In this document: in pieces, positions 37,025 through 51,300 of the stretch
Layout: the number at the start of each line of letters is the position of its first letter
Numbering within the stretch: position 1 is the first letter of the stretch
NCBI GenBank assembly: GCA_030390025.1
Contig: JASTWF010000348.1
Location: forward strand, 372,001 to 436,000
Source of the DNA: Squalus acanthias
Lineage: Eukaryota
DNA: 64,000 nucleotides
Direction of reading: 5' to 3'
Translations under genes and position numbers: made by a program
Notes under the pieces: model-generated
What the model was told of the DNA's origin: nothing
Database searches by the model: none
Seen by the model: the letters and a program-made list of their open reading frames with translations, nothing else

Positions 37025-37541
37025 TTAGAATGGTTCCAGCACAGAAGGAGGCCATTCGGCCCGTCGAGCCCATGCCGGCTCTCTGCAAGATCACTTCAGC
37101 TAGTCCCACTCCCCCCGCCCTTTCCCCGTAGCCCTGCAAATTTATTTCCTTCAGGTACTTATCCAATTCCCTTTTGAAAGCCGTGATTGAGTCTGCCTCC
37201 ACCACCCTTTCAGGCAGTGAATTCCAGATCCTAACCACTCGCTGCGTAAAAAAAGTTTTTCCTCATGTCGCCTTTGGTTCTTCTGCCAATCACCTTAAAT
37301 CTGTGTCCTCTGGTTCTCGACCCATCCGCCAATGGGAACAGTTTCCCTCTATCTACTCTGTCCGGACCCCTCATGATTTTGAACACCTCTATCAAATCTC
37401 CTCTCATCCTTCTCTGCTCTAAGGAGAACAACCCGAGCTCCTCCAGTCTATCCACGTAACTGAAGTCCCTCATCCCTGGAATCATTCTTGTAAATCTCTT
37501 CCGCACCCTCTCTAAGGCCTTCACATCCTTCCTAAAGTGCA

Positions 37542-38002
37542 GTCAGAGCTGTGGCTCAGTGGGTAGCACTCTCGCCTTTGATGGGTCAGAAGGTTGTGGG
37601 TTCAAATCCCACTCTAGGGACTTGAGCACAAAAAGCTAGGCTGACACTCCAGTGCAGTGCTGAGGGAGTGCGGCACTGTCGGAGGTGCCGTCTTTCGGCT
37701 GAGCTGTTAAACCGAGGCCCCGTCTGCTCTCTCGGGTGGATGTAAAAGATCCCATGGCACTTTTTCAAAGTAAGAGCAGGGGAGTTATCCCCGGTGTCTA
37801 GGGGCCAATGTTTATCCCTCAACCAACATAACAAAAAACAGATTATCTGGTCATTATCACATTGCTGTTTGTGGGAGCTTGCTGTGTGCAAATTGGTTGC
37901 CACAGTACAACAGTGACTCCACTTCAAAAGTACATCACTGGAAAGTACTTCGAGACGTCCGGTGGTCGTGAAAGACGCTACAGAAATGCAAGTCTTTCTT
38001 TG
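37542..38002 (+). mobile_element. Full-length Deu-domain tRNA SINE
   Basis: A-box tggctcagtgg, B-box ggttcaaatcc, Deu body, tail gcgctacagaaatgcaagtctttcttt-like. Confidence 0.88.
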
Positions 38003-38078
38003 ATCAGAATTGGACACAATACTCCAGTTGAGGCCGGACCAGTGTTTTATAAAGGTTCATAATTTCCTTGCTTTTGCA

Positions 38079-40230
38079 CACCTGGAGTACTGCGTACAGT
38101 TTTGGTCTCCTTATTTAAGGAAGGATATACTTGCATTGGAGGCAGTTCAGAGAAGGTTCACGAGGTTGATTCCTGAGATGAAGGAGTTGTCTTTTGAAGA
38201 GAGGTTGAGCAGGTTGGGCCTATACTCACTGGAGTTTAGAAGAATGAGAGGTGATCTTATTGAAACATCTAAGATTCTGAGGGGGATTGACAGGGTGAAT
38301 GCAGAGAGGACCTTTCCCCTCGTGGGGGAATCTAGAACTAGGGGGCATAGTTTCAGAATGAGGGGTCGCCCATTTAAGACGGAGATGAGGAGGAATTTCT
38401 TCTGAGGGTCGTGAATCTGTGGAATTCTCTTCCCCAGAGAGCTGTGGAGGCTGGGTCATTGAATATATTTAACATAGAAGATAGGAGCAGGAGTCGGCCA
38501 TTCGGCCCCTCGAGCCTGCTCCGCCATTCAATGAGATCATGGCTGATCATCCAAACTCAGTACCCTGTCCCTGCTTTCTCCCCATATCCCTTGATACCTT
38601 TAGCTTTAAGAAATATATCTAACTCATTCTTGAATATATTTAATGAATTGGCCTCAACTACCTTCTGTGGTAGAGAATTCCACAGGTTCACCACTCTCTG
38701 GGTGAAGACATTCTTCCTCATTTCTGTCCTAAATGGCTTACCCCTTATCCTTAGACTGTGACCCCTGGTTCTGGACTCCCCGGCCATCAGGAACATTCTT
38801 CCTGCATCTAGTTTGTCCAGAACTGTCAGAATTTTATATGTTTCGATGAGATCCCCTCTCATTCTTCTATACTCCAGCGAGTATAAGCCCAATCGACCCA
38901 ATCTCTCCTCATATGTCATTCCTGCCATCCCAGGTATCAGCCTTGTGAATCTTCGCTGAACTCCTTCCATGGCAAGAACATCCTTCCTCAGATAAGGCAA
39001 CCAAAACTGCACACAGTACTCAAGGGGGGAGAAATTCAGTGTCGCCCCATTTGGGGCGCAATTATCGACCGGGCGCAAAGATTAGCGCCTGGCGCTAATT
39101 ATCGCCACCGACTGCAAACTTGACTTTTATCGCCCCTGGAGTTGATTGGAGCGCTAAACCAGGCGCTTCACACCTGTCTTAAGGCGCAAAGGACGAGGAG
39201 CGAGGCGCTACCTCAGAGCGCTGGCGAAGCTCATGTGATGTCAGTCAGCAATGGAACACACACACAATGGCACGGGCCAGTTCTTAAAGGGGATGGTTGA
39301 TCTTGCTTTCCATCCACATCCTGCTCATTGCAGCCTTGAATCTCGGCCTAGAGAGACCTGCACATCAAATCTGCTGGAAAGAACAATGGAGAGTACCAGG
39401 CAAAGAGCTCAGAGTGCAGCCCCCACAGTCTCTTCTAAATCGATACAAGGAATGGCAAATCAAAATGAACCTGCAAAGTGCTGCTCAGTACCCAAAACTC
39501 CTTCACACAACGTTGAATCTCTCCAGAAGTCTCTCTCTCTCTCTCTCAGAATGCGTGGTTCAAAAATGGCACCAACAATAAAAGGCAGGAAGCGGTCACC
39601 TTTAAATAGCGCTCCCCCTTTCCCTTCATGACTGCAGAACGCTCCCCTCAACCTGTCATTGCTAGCGTCAGGCGGTAAGGCAGGAGGTGCCACTCAATAT
39701 CCGCTCCGGGGCGTTACTGGGGCGTTGCGCACTCGACTGACGTCACGATCTGCCGGCGCAGGAGATCGTGGCGGTAGTGTTTAGCGCCGCCGCAAAATGT
39801 CTAGTTAATTTCGCGAGCGGCGCAACCTTCGCCGCGCCCGGGCGCTAGATGCTTTGCGCCCCATTAGTGCCCTCTTAAGGTGCAAACGGGAGGCGCAACC
39901 AACTGAATTTTTCCCCCAAGGTGTGGTCTCACCAAGGTGGAGATAGACAGATTTTTGAAATATAGGGGAGTCATAGGTTAGTGGGAGCGGGGCAGGGAAG
40001 TGGAGTTGAGGCCAAGATCAGATCAGCCATGATCTCATTGATTGGTGGAGCGGGCTCGAGGGGAGTCAATAGATTTCGGACTAGTAGGGGCATCAAGGGA
40101 TATGGCGATAGGGCCGGTGAATGGAGTTGAGGCAGAAGATCAGCCATGATCATATTGAATGGCGGAGCAGGCTCGAGGGGCTGAAATGGCCGACTCCTGC
40201 TCCTATTTCTTATGTCATGATGTTCTTATG
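38079..40230 (+). mobile_element. CR1 3' fragment (38079-38470, resuming ~39933) with tandem 3' ends, hosting an antisense family-A CR1 (38471-~39937)
   Basis: ORFs 38010-38405(+) and 38557-39078(-); junction sequences are continuous. Confidence 0.85.
39025..39917. mobile_element. PIF/Harbinger-type MITE, copy 1 (893 bp)
   Basis: TIRs gggggagaaattcagt / gggggaaaaattcagt (reverse complement); TSD AAG; removing it restores CR1 tactcaaggtgtggtctcacc. Confidence 0.9.
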
Positions 40231-40849
40231 CACTCTATGCCTCTATTTATGAAGCCCAGGATCCCGTATGCTTTTTCTAAGCGCTTTCTCAACCTGCCCT
40301 GCCACCTTCAACGATTTGTGCGCACATACCCCCAGGCCTCTCTGTTCCTACAACCCCCTTTAGGATTGTACACTTTAGTTTATCTGAATGCAAGTTCTTC
40401 CTCTCATTCTCCGAAAGGGGAGTTTTTGTTTTGCGCAGCGACTGTGTCTCTTTAAATGAGGAGAGCGGACTCAGTCAGGTAAACCCAGGACAGAACCGTG
40501 GGCAAGTCGCCAAGACCCGGACGGCACACTGTTTCCTCCATCGTCCCTCGCAACAGGAAACAAGCTGGATGGTGACTTCTGACCCAGGTGGAGCGGGTGA
40601 TCTTTGACTCCAGTGGGCGAGGCCTCCCCCAGCTCCCTGCAGGCTACAAAGGAAGACGAGAGGGATAATGAAGAGGGCGGCAGGATTTTGCCTTCCTTTT
40701 TCCGGCTCCACAGCTCCTCAGAGAATTCATTACAACAGACAAAAACCCAACAGAGCATGAAGCGCTCTGGAATTCTCCGAAAAAAAACCACTCCCAATAA
40801 CACAAAATCCTCGAGGACAAAATCCATCCTTGGCACTCTCACGCAGTCC

Positions 40850-42712
40850 TCTATCTGGGGAGGCCCCTCTAACCCCTCTCTCACACTCCTGTATCTGGGG
40901 AGCTCCCTCTAACTCCTCTCTCACACTCCTGTATCTGGGGAGGTCCCTCTAACCCCCTCTCTCACACTCCTGTATCTGGGGAGGTCCCTCTAACCCCTCT
41001 CTCGCACTCCTGTATCTGGGGAGGCCCCTCTAACCCCTCTCTCACACTCCTGTATCTGGGGAGGCCCCTCTAACCCCTCTCTCACACACTCCTGTATCTG
41101 GGGAGGTCCCTCTAACCCCTCTCTCACTCTCCTGTATCTGGGGAGGTCCCTCTAACCCCTCTCTCACACACTCCTGTATCTGGGGAGGTCCCTGTAACCC
41201 CTCTCTCACACTCCTGTATCTGGGAGGCCCCTCTAACCCCTCTCTCACACTCCTGTATCTGGGGAGGCCCCTCTAACCCCTCTCTCACACTGCTGTATCT
41301 GGGGAGGCCCCTCTAACCCCTCTCTCACACTCCTGTATCTGGGGAGGTCCCTCTAACCCCGCTCTCACACTCCTGTATCTGGGGAGGTCCCTCTAACCCC
41401 TCTCTCACACACTCCTGTATCTGGGGAGGTCCCTCTAACCCCTCTCTCACTCTCCTGTATCTGGGGAGGTCCCTCTAACCCCTCTCTCACTCTCCTGTAT
41501 CTGGGGAGGTCCCTCTAACCCCTCTCTCACACACTCCTGTATCTGGGGAGGTCCCTGTAACCCCTCTCTCACACTCCTGTATCTGGGAGGCCCCTCTAAC
41601 CCCTCTCTCACACTCCTGTATCTGGGGAGGCCCCTCTAACCCCTCTCTCACACTGCTGTATCTGGGGAGGTCCCTCTAACCCCGCTCTCACACTCCTGTA
41701 TCTGGGGAGGTCCCTCTAACCTCTCTCTCACACTCCTGTATCTGGGGAGGTCCCTCTAACCCCTCTCTCACACTCTTGTATCTGGGGAGATCCCTCTAAC
41801 CCCTCTCCCACACTCCTGTATCTGGAGAGGTCCCTCTAACAACTCTCTCCCACTCTTGTATCTGGGGAGGCCCCTCTAACCCCTCTCTCACACACCTGTA
41901 TCTGGGGAGGACCCTCTAACCACTCTCTCACACTCCTGTATCTGGGGAGGCCCCTCTAACCCCTCTCTCACTGTCCTGTATCTGGGGAGGCCCCTCTAAC
42001 CCCTTTCTCACACTCCTGTATCTGGGGAGGTCCCTCTAACCCCTCTCTCACACTCCTGTATCTGGGGAGGCCCCTCTAACCCCCCTCTCACACTCCTGTA
42101 TCTGGGGAGGTCTCTCTAACCCCTCTCTCACTGTCCTGTATCTGGGGAGGCCCCTCTAACCTCTCTCTCACACTCCTGTATCTGGGGAGGCCCCTCTAAC
42201 CCCTCTCTCACATTCCTGTATCTGGGGAGGTCTCTCTAACCCCTCTCTCACACTCCTGTATCTGGGGAGGTCCCTCTAACCCCTCTCTCACACTCCTGTA
42301 TCTGGGGAGGTCCCTCTAACCCCTCTCTCACACTCCTGTATTTGGGGAGGCCCCTCTAACCCCTCTCTCACACTCCTGTATCTGGGGAGGCCCCTCTAAC
42401 CCCTCTCTCACACTCCTGTGTCTGGGGAGGCCCCTCTAACCCCTCTCTCACACTCCTGTATCTGGGGAGGCCCCTCTAACCCCACTCTCACACTCCTGTA
42501 TCTGGGGAGGCCCCTCTAACCCCACTCTCACACTCCTGTATCTGGGGAGGTCCCTCTAACCCCTCTCTCACACTCCTGTATCTGGGGAGGTCCCTCTAAC
42601 CCCTCTCTCACACTCCTGTAACTGGGGAGGTCCCTCTAACCCCTCTCTCACACTCCTCTATCTGGGGAGGCCCCTCTAACCCCTCTCTCACACTCCTGTA
42701 TCTGGGGAGCTC
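40850..42712. repeat. 40-bp tandem minisatellite, about 46 copies
   Basis: Unit cactcctgtatctggggaggcccctctaacccctctctca. Confidence 0.97.
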
Positions 42713-42747
42713 CCTCCAAAAGTCTGTATATATATTATATCGCAACA

Positions 42748-43150
42748 TTCCAGAGATGAGGTGAGAGTGACTGCCCTTGACATTATTTTACCGGCAGCAT
42801 ATGACCGAGTGTGGCAACAAGGAGTCCTTGTAAGATTGAAGTCAATGGGAATTGGGGGCAAACTCTCCACTGGCTCGCCCAAGGAAGCCTGTTGTGGATG
42901 TTGGAGGTCAATCATCACAGCCCCAGGACATCTCTGCAGGAGTTCCTCAGGACAGTGTCCTCGGCCCAACCATCTTCAGCTGCTTCATCAATGACCATCC
43001 CTCTATCATAAGATTAGAGGTGGGGAGGTTCACTGACGACTGCACAGTATTCAGTTCCATTTGCAACTCCTCTGGCAATGAATCAGTCCATGCCTGCTTG
43101 CAGCAAGAACTGGACGCCATTCAGGCTTGGGCTGACAAGTGGCAAGTAAT
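42748..43150 (+). mobile_element. Internal RT fragment of the same LINE family as 21393-24712
   Basis: VRVTALDI...GVPQDSVLGPTIFSCFIND...FTDDCT...WADKWQV; homologous to ~23489-23925. Confidence 0.9.
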
Positions 43151-43154
43151 AAGT

Positions 43155-45345
43155 AATATTATATAATAACTTACCGTGTGTGACCGGGTATAACGCTCCT
43201 GTATATATATTGTATAATGACACACTGTGTGTGACCGGGTATAACACTCCTGTATATATATTATATAATAACACACCGTGTGTTACTGGGTATAACGCTC
43301 CTGTATATATATTATATAATAACACACTGTGTGTTACTGGGTATAACGCTCCTTTATATATATTATATAATAACACACCGTGCGTGACCGGGTATAACGC
43401 TCCTGTATATATATTATATAATAACACACCGTGTGTTACTGGGTATAAAACTCTGTATATATTATATAATAACACACTGTGTGTTACCGGGTATAACACT
43501 CCTGTATATATTATATAATAACACACCGTGTGTTACTGGGTATAACACTCCTGTATATATTATATAATAACACACTGTGTGTTACCGGGTATAACACTCC
43601 TGTATATATTATATAATAACACTCTGTGTGTTACTGGGTATAACCCTCCTGTATATATTATATAATAACACACCGTGCGTTACTGGGTATAACACTCCTG
43701 TATATATTATATAATAACACACCGTGCGTTACTGGGTATAACACTCCTGTATATATTATATAATAACACACTGTGCGTTACTGGGTATAACACTCCTGTA
43801 TATATTATATAATAACACACTGTGCGTTACTGGGTATAACGCTCCTGTATATATATTATATAACAACACACCGTGTGTGACCGGGTGTAACACTCCTGTA
43901 TATATATTATATAATAACACACCGTGTGTTACTGGGTATAACACTCCTGTATATATTATATAATAACACACCGTGTGTGACCGGGTATAACGCTCCTGTA
44001 TATATTATATAATAACACACTGTGTGTTACTGGGTATAACACTCCTGTATATATTATATAACAACACACCGTGTGTGACCGGGTGCAACGCTCCCGGATA
44101 TATATTATCTAACAACACACCGCGCGTGACCGGGTGCAACGCTCCCGTATATATATTATATAACAACACACCACGCGTGACCGGGTATAACGCTCCCGTA
44201 TATATATTATATAATAACACACTGCGCGTGACCCGGTATAACACTCCCGTATATATATTATATAATAACACACCGTGTGTGTGACCGGGTATAACACTCC
44301 TGTATATATATTGTATAATAACACACCATGTGTGACCGGGTATAACACTCCTGTATATATATTATATAATAACACACTGTGTGTCACCGGGTATAACACT
44401 CCTGTATATATATTATATAATAACACACTGAGGGAGAAATTCAGTATCGCCCCATTTGGGGGCAATTATCGGCCGGGCGCAAAGATTAGCGCCTGGCATT
44501 AATTATCGCCACCGACTGCAAACTTGACTTTTATCGCCCCTGGAGGCGATTGGAGCGCTAAATCAGGCGCTTCACACCTGTCTTAAGGCGCAAAGGCCGA
44601 GGAGCGAGGCGCTACCTCAGAGCGCTGGCGAAGCTCATGTGATGTCAGTCAGCAATGGAACACACACACAATGGCACCGGCCAGTTCTTAAAGGGGAGGG
44701 TTGATCTTGCTTTCCATCCACATCCTGCTCATTGCAGCCTTGAATCTCGGCCTGGAGAGACCTGTACATCAAATCTGCTGGAAAGAACAATGGAGAGTAC
44801 TAGGGAAAGAGCTTAGAGTGCAGCCCCCACAGTCTCTTCTAAATCGATACAAGGAATGGCAAATCAAAATGAACCTGCAAAGTGCTGCTCAGTACCCAAA
44901 ACTCCTTCACACAGCGTTGAATCTCTCCAGAAGTCTCTCTCTCTCTCTCTCTCAGAATGCGTGGTTCAAAAATGGCGCCAACAATAAAAGGCAGGAAGCA
45001 GTCGCCTTTAAATAGCGCTCCCCCAGTCCCTTCATGACTGCAAAACGCTCCCCTCAACCTGTCGTTGCTAGCGTCAGGCGGTAAGGCAGGGGGCGCCACT
45101 CAATATCCGCTCTGGGGCGATACCGGGGCGTTGCGCACTCGACTGACGTCACGATCTGCCGGCGCAGGAGATCGTGGCGGTAGTGTTTAGCGCCGCCGCT
45201 AAATTTCTAGTTAATTTCGCGAGCAGCGCAAACATCTCTTAAGGCGCTAACGGGAGGCGCAACCAACTGAATTTTTCACCCACTGTGTGTAACCGGGTAT
45301 AACGCTCCTGTATATATTATATAATAACACACTGTGCGTTACTGG
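43155..45345. repeat. Heterogeneous 49/51-bp minisatellite, interrupted by MITE copy 2
   Basis: Unit tattatataataacacactgtgtgttactgggtataacactcctgtata(ta); gives 17-aa periodic ORFs. Confidence 0.93.
44430..45281. mobile_element. PIF/Harbinger-type MITE, copy 2 (852 bp)
   Basis: Highly similar to 39025-39917 with a ~40-bp deletion near the right end; TSD ACT at 44427-44429 and 45282-45284. Confidence 0.9.
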
Positions 45346-48300
45346 GTATAACACTCTGTTTATATTATAGAACACACTGTGTGAGTGGGCTCACACTCTG
45401 TTTATATTATAGAACACACTGTGTGAGTGGGTATAACACTCTGTTTATATTATAGAACACACTGTGTGAGTGGGTATAACACTCTGTTTATATTATAGAA
45501 CACACTGTGTGAGTGGGTATAACACTCTGTTTATATTATAGAACACACTGTGTGAGTGGGTATAACACTCTGTTTATATTATAGAACACACTGTGTGAGT
45601 GGGTATAACACTCTGTTTATATTATAGAACACACTGTGTGAGTGGGTATAACACTCTGTTTATATTATAGAACACACTGTGTGAGTGGGTATAACACTCT
45701 GTTTATATTATAGAACACACTGTGTGAGTGGGTATAACACTCTGTTTATATTATAGAACACACTGTGTGAGTGGGTATAACACTCTGTTTATATTATAGA
45801 ACACACTGTGTGAGTGGGTATAACACTCTGTTTATATTATAGAACACACTGTGTGAGTGGGCTCACACTCTGTTTATATTATAGAACACACTGTGTGAGT
45901 GGGTATAACACTCTGTTTATATTATAGAACACACTGTGTGAGTGGGTATAACACTCTGTTTATATTATAGAACACACTGTGTGAGTGGGCTCACACTCTG
46001 TTTATATTATAGAACACACTGTGTGAGTGGGCTCACACTCTGTTTATATTATAGAACACACTGTGTGAGTGGGTATAACACTCTGTTTATATTATAGAAC
46101 ACACTGTGTGAGTGGGCTCACACTCTGTTTATATTATAGAACACACTGTGTGAGTGGGCTCACACTCTGTTTATATTATAGAACACACTGTGTGAGTGGG
46201 TATAACACTCTGTTTATATTATAGAACACACTGTGTGAGTGGGTATAACACTCTGTTTATATTATAGAACACACTGTGTGAGTGGGTATAACACTCTGTT
46301 TATATTATAGAACACACTGTGTGAGTGGGCTCACACTCTGTTTATATTATAGAACACACTGTGTGAGTGGGTATAACACTCTGTTTATATTATAGAACAC
46401 ACTGTGTGAGTGGGTATAACACTCTGTTTATATTATAGAACACACTGTGTGAGTGGGTATAACACTCTGTTTATATTATAGAACACACTGTGTGAGTGGG
46501 TATAACACTCTGTTTATATTATAGAACACACTGTGTGAGTGGGTATAACACTCTGTTTATATTATAGAACACACTGTGTGAGTGGGTATAACACTCTGTT
46601 TATATTATAGAACACACTGTGTGAGTGGGTATAACACTCTGTTTATATTATAGAACACACTGTGTGAGTGGGTATAACACTCTGTTTATATTATAGAACA
46701 CACTGTGTGAGTGGGTATAACACTCTGTTTATATTATAGAACACACTGTGTGAGTGGGTATAACACTCTGTTTATATTATAGAACACACTGTGTGAGTGG
46801 GTATAACACTCTGTTTATATTATAGAACACACTGTGTGAGTGGGTATAACACTCTGTTTATATTATAGAACACACTGTGTGAGTGGGTATAACACTCTGT
46901 TTATATTATAGAACACACTGTGTGAGTGGGTATAACACTCTGTTTATATTATAGAACACACTGTGTGAGTGGGTATAACACTCTGTTTATATTATAGAAC
47001 ACACTGTGTGAGTGGGTATAACACTCTGTTTATATTATAGAACACACTGTGTGAGTGGGCTCACACTCTGTTTATATTATAGAACACACTGTGTGAGTGG
47101 GTATAACACTCTGTTTATATTATAGAACACACTGTGTGAGTGGGTATAACACTCTGTTTATATTATAGAACACACTGTGTGAGTGGGTATAACACTCTGT
47201 TTATATTATAGAACACACTGTGTGAGTGGGTATAACACTCTGTTTATATTATAGAACACACTGTGTGAGTGGGTATAACACTCTGTTTATATTATAGAAC
47301 ACACTGTGTGAGTGGGCTCACACTCTGTTTATATTATAGAACACACTGTGTGAGTGGGCTCACACTCTGTTTATATTATAGAACACACTGTGTGAGTGGG
47401 CTCACACTCTGTTTATATTATAGAACACACTGTGTGAGTGGGTATAACACTCTGTTTATATTATAGAACACACTGTGTGAGTGGGTATAACACTCTGTTT
47501 ATATTATAGAACACACTGTGTGAGTGGGCTCACACTCTGTTTATATTATAGAACACACTGTGTGAGTGGGTATAACACTCTGTTTATATTATAGAACACA
47601 CTGTGTGAGTGGGTATAACACTCTGTTTATATTATAGAACACACTGTGTGAGTGGGTATAACACTCTGTTTATATTATAGAACACACTGTGTGAGTGGGC
47701 TCACACTCTGTTTATATTATAGAACACACTGTGTGAGTGGGTATAACACTCTGTTTATATTATAGAACACACTGTGTGAGTGGGCTCACACTCTGTTTAT
47801 ATTATAGAACACACTGTGTGAGTGGGTATAACACTCTGTTTATATTATAGAACACACTGTGTGAGTGGGTATAACACTCTGTTTATATTATAGAACACAC
47901 TGTGTGAGTGGGTATAACACTCTGTTTATATTATAGAACACACTGTGTGAGTGGGTATAACACTCTGTTTATATTATAGAACACACTGTGTGAGTGGGCT
48001 CACACTCTGTTTATATTATAGAACACACTGTGTGAGTGGGTATAACACTCTGTTTATATTATAGAACACACTGTGTGAGTGGGTATAACACTCTGTTTAT
48101 ATTATAGAACACACTGTGTGAGTGGGTATAACACTCTGTTTATATTATAGAACACACTGTGTGAGTGGGTATAACACTCTGTTTATATTATAGAACACAC
48201 TGTGTGAGTGGGCTCACACTCTGTTTATATTATAGAACACACTGTGTGAGTGGGCTCACACTCTGTTTATATTATAGAACACACTGTGTGAGTGGGTATA

Positions 48301-51300
48301 ACACTCTGTTTATATTATAGAACACACTGTGTGAGTGGGCTCACACTCTGTTTATATTATAGAACACACTGTGTGAGTGGGTATAACACTCTGTTTATAT
48401 TATAGAACACACTGTGTGAGTGGGTATAACACTCTGTTTATATTATAGAACACACTGTGTGAGTGGGTATAACACTCTGTTTATATTATAGAACACACTG
48501 TGTGAGTGGGCTCACACTCTGTTTATATTATAGAACACACTGTGTGAGTGGGCTCACACTCTGTTTATATTATAGAACACACTGTGTGAGTGGGCTCACA
48601 CTCTGTTTATATTATAGAACACACTGTGTGAGTGGGCTCACACTCTGTTTATATTATAGAACACACTGTGTGAGTGGGCTCACACTCTGTTTATATTATA
48701 GAACACACTGTGTGAGTGGGTATAACACTCTGTTTATATTATAGAACACACTGTGTGAGTGGGCTCACACTCTGTTTATATTATAGAACACACTGTGTGA
48801 GTGGGTATAACACTCTGTTTATATTATAGAACACACTGTGTGAGTGGGTATAACACTCTGTTTATATTATAGAACACACTGTGTGAGTGGGTATAACACT
48901 CTGTTTATATTATAGAACACACTGTGTGAGTGGGCTCACACTCTGTTTATATTATAGAACACACTGTGTGAGTGGGCTCACACTCTGTTTATATTATAGA
49001 ACACACTGTGTGAGTGGGTATAACACTCTGTTTATATTATAGAACACACTGTGTGAGTGGGCTCACACTCTGTTTATATTATAGAACACACTGTGTGAGT
49101 GGGCTCACACTCTGTTTATATTATAGAACACACTGTGTGAGTGGGCTCACACTCTGTTTATATTATAGAACACACTGTGTGAGTGGGCACACACTCTGTT
49201 TATATTATAGAACACACTGTGTGAGTGGGCTCACACTCTGTTTATATTATAGAACACACTGTGTGAGTGGGCTCACACTCTGTTTATATTATAGAACACA
49301 CTGTGTGAGTGGGTATAACACTCTGTTTATATTATAGAACACACTGTGTGAGTGGGTATAACACTCTGTTTATATTATAGAACACACTGTGTGAGTGGGT
49401 ATAACACTCTGTTTATATTATAGAACACACTGTGTGAGTGGGCTCACACTCTGTTTATATTATAGAACACACTGTGTGAGTGGGCTCACACTCTGTTTAT
49501 ATTATAGAACACACTGTGTGAGTGGGTATAACACTCTGTTTATATTATAGAACACACTGTGTGAGTGGGCTCACACTCTGTTTATATTATAGAACACACT
49601 GTGTGAGTGGGTATAACACTCTGTTTATATTATAGAACACACTGTGTGAGTGGGTATAACACTCTGTTTATATTATAGAACACACTGTGTGAGTGGGTAT
49701 AACACTCTGTTTATATTATAGAACACACTGTGTGAGTGGGCACACACTCTGTTTATATTATAGAACACACTGTGTGAGTGGGCTCACACTCTGTTTATAT
49801 TATAGAACACACTGTGTGAGTGGGCACACACTCTGTTTATATTATAGAACACACTGTGTGAGTGGGCACACACTCTGTTTATATTATAGAACACACTGTG
49901 TGAGTGGGTATAACACTCTGTTTATATTATAGAACACACTGTGTGAGTGGGTATAACACTCTGTTTATATTATAGAACACACTGTGTGAGTGGGCTCACA
50001 CTCTGTTTATATTATAGAACACACTGTGTGAGTGGGTATAACACTCTGTTTATATTATAGAACACACTGTGTGAGTGGGTATAACACTCTGTTTATATTA
50101 TAGAACACACTGTGTGAGTGGGCTCACACTCTGTTTATATTATAGAACACACTGTGTGAGTGGGTATAACACTCTGTTTATATTATAGAACACACTGTGT
50201 GAGTGGGCTCACACTCTGTTTATATTATAGAACACACTGTGTGAGTGGGTATAACACTCTGTTTATATTATAGAACACACTGTGTGAGTGGGCTCACACT
50301 CTGTTTATATTATAGAACACACTGTGTGAGTGGGTATAACACTCTGTTTATATTATAGAACACACTGTGTGAGTGGGTATAACACTCTGTTTATATTATA
50401 GAACACACTGTGTGAGTGGGCTCACACTCTGTTTATATTATAGAACACACTGTGTGAGTGGGCTCACACTCTGTTTATATTATAGAACACACTGTGTGAG
50501 TGGGTATAACACTCTGTTTATATTATAGAACACACTGTGTGAGTGGGTATAACACTCTGTTTATATTATAGAACACACTGTGTGAGTGGGCTCACACTCT
50601 GTTTATATTATAGAACACACTGTGTGAGTGGGTATAACACTCTGTTTATATTATAGAACACACTGTGTGAGTGGGCTCACACTCTGTTTATATTATAGAA
50701 CACACTGTGTGAGTGGGTATAACACTCTGTTTATATTATAGAACACACTGTGTGAGTGGGCTCACACTCTGTTTATATTATAGAACACACTGTGTGAGTG
50801 GGCTCACACTCTGTTTATATTATAGAACACACTGTGTGAGTGGGCTCACACTCTGTTTATATTATAGAACACACTGTGTGAGTGGGTATAACACTCTGTT
50901 TATATTATAGAACACACTGTGTGAGTGGGCTCACACTCTGTTTATATTATAGAACACACTGTGTGAGTGGGTATAACACTCTGTTTATATTATAGAACAC
51001 ACTGTGTGAGTGGGCTCACACTCTGTTTATATTATAGAACACACTGTGTGAGTGGGCTCACACTCTGTTTATATTATAGAACACACTGTGTGAGTGGGTA
51101 TAACACTCTGTTTATATTATAGAACACACTGTGTGAGTGGGTATAACACTCTGTTTATATTATAGAACACACTGTGTGAGTGGGTATAACACTCTGTTTA
51201 TATTATAGAACACACTGTGTGAGTGGGTATAACACTCTGTTTATATTATAGAACACACTGTGTGAGTGGGTATAACACTCTGTTTATATTATAGAACACA

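Larger units (their letters stand above)
37025..40385 (-). mobile_element. CR1 split into three pieces (37025-37541, ~38010-38078, ~40231-40385) by nested insertions
   Basis: KALERVRKRFTRMIPGMRDFSYVDRL...; the pieces are collinear across the inserts. Confidence 0.75.

Noticed and set aside
39251..39693. ORFs inside the MITE copies (also 44701-45099)
   Set aside because: No transposase motifs, and frames differ between the two copies.
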